Assembly: GCA_964490075.1 (NCBI GenBank)
Contig: CAZBBK010000011.1
Coordinates: 1-64,000, forward strand
Length of the DNA: 64,000 bases
Reading direction: 5' to 3'
DNA from: an uncultured Gemmatimonadota bacterium
GTDB taxonomy: Bacteria > GCA-2686955
Shown: one piece after another, positions 63,665-64,000 of the stretch
Layout: the number at the start of each line of letters is the position of its first letter
Numbering within the stretch: the first letter of the stretch is position 1
Program-made: the position numbers and the translations under genes
Notes under the pieces: generated by a model
Seen by the model: the letters and a program-made list of their open reading frames with translations, nothing else
What the model was told of the DNA's origin: nothing
Database searches by the model: none

Positions 63665-63950
63665 GGATCTGGACGCCGAAGGTTACTTGAAGGAGATGGC
63701 GAGCTGGACCCGCGCGCGGGCCGAGGAACTCGCCGAGGCCAACGATATCGGTCCCCTGACCGACCAGCACTGGCAAGTGATCGAGTTCGTCAAGGACTAC
63801 TACCAGACCTACGGCCGGGGCCCCGCCGTGGTCAGAATCGGCAAGGAGACCGGCCTCAGGGCCACCACGATCTGCGATCTCTTTCCCTGCGGCGTCGTGA
63901 AGGGCGCCTACCGTCTCGCGGGGCTGCCGCGCCCCCCGGGATGTGTCTGA
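63633..63950 (+). CDS. TusE/DsrC/DsvC family sulfur-relay protein (single C-terminal Cys type)
   Basis: DAEGYL..W, LTDQHWQVI, LFP.G...AGLPRPPGCV. Confidence 0.9.
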   Translation: MPNLPSEPLNEDLDAEGYLKEMASWTRARAEELAEANDIGPLTDQHWQVIEFVKDYYQTYGRGPAVVRIGKETGLRATTICDLFPCGVVKGAYRLAGLPRPPGCV

Positions 63951-64000
63951 GCCGGAGACGACTGTCGCAAGCGCGGCCAACTCGCATGCAGTGAACAAAG

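Noticed and set aside
63633-63950. Evidence of dissimilatory sulfite reduction (true DsrC)
   Set aside because: It lacks the second conserved Cys and there is no dsrAB in the window.

Overview
High-GC bacterial window, probably from an uncultured diderm lineage (inference: FlgD/T9SS-like C-terminal sorting domain, outer-membrane beta-barrels, Tat and lipoprotein signals). It is mostly housekeeping. It carries an ADP-ribosylglycohydrolase-mtnA-mtnK operon divergent from lipA and a 2-oxoacid dehydrogenase cluster (E1b-E2-E1a-E3), a DUF4956/phosphate-porin/lamin-tail module, NhaC, cardiolipin synthase, beta-oxidation genes, RNA methyltransferases, a three-domain amidohydrolase, the rimP-nusA-ylxRQ-infB-rbfA-truB-ribF operon, three tRNAs, apt, pcm, a b6-type Rieske/cytochrome b operon and an HTH/Cys-rich/receiver regulator coupled to a TusE/DsrC-like protein. 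Two accessory hot spots (about 27.6-32.1 kb and 49.9-52.1 kb) hold decaying paralogous secreted-protein genes and palindromic repeats. The best leads are: (1) an 815-bp IS110 relic that splits a palindromic repeat and keeps a bridge-RNA-like left end; (2) a 20-21 bp motif found three times, each 14-16 bp upstream of a -35-like hexamer; (3) the ARH-mtnAK/lipA arrangement; (4) the putative sulfur/redox sensor-TusE pair. All calls come from visual motif recognition; no database searches were run.
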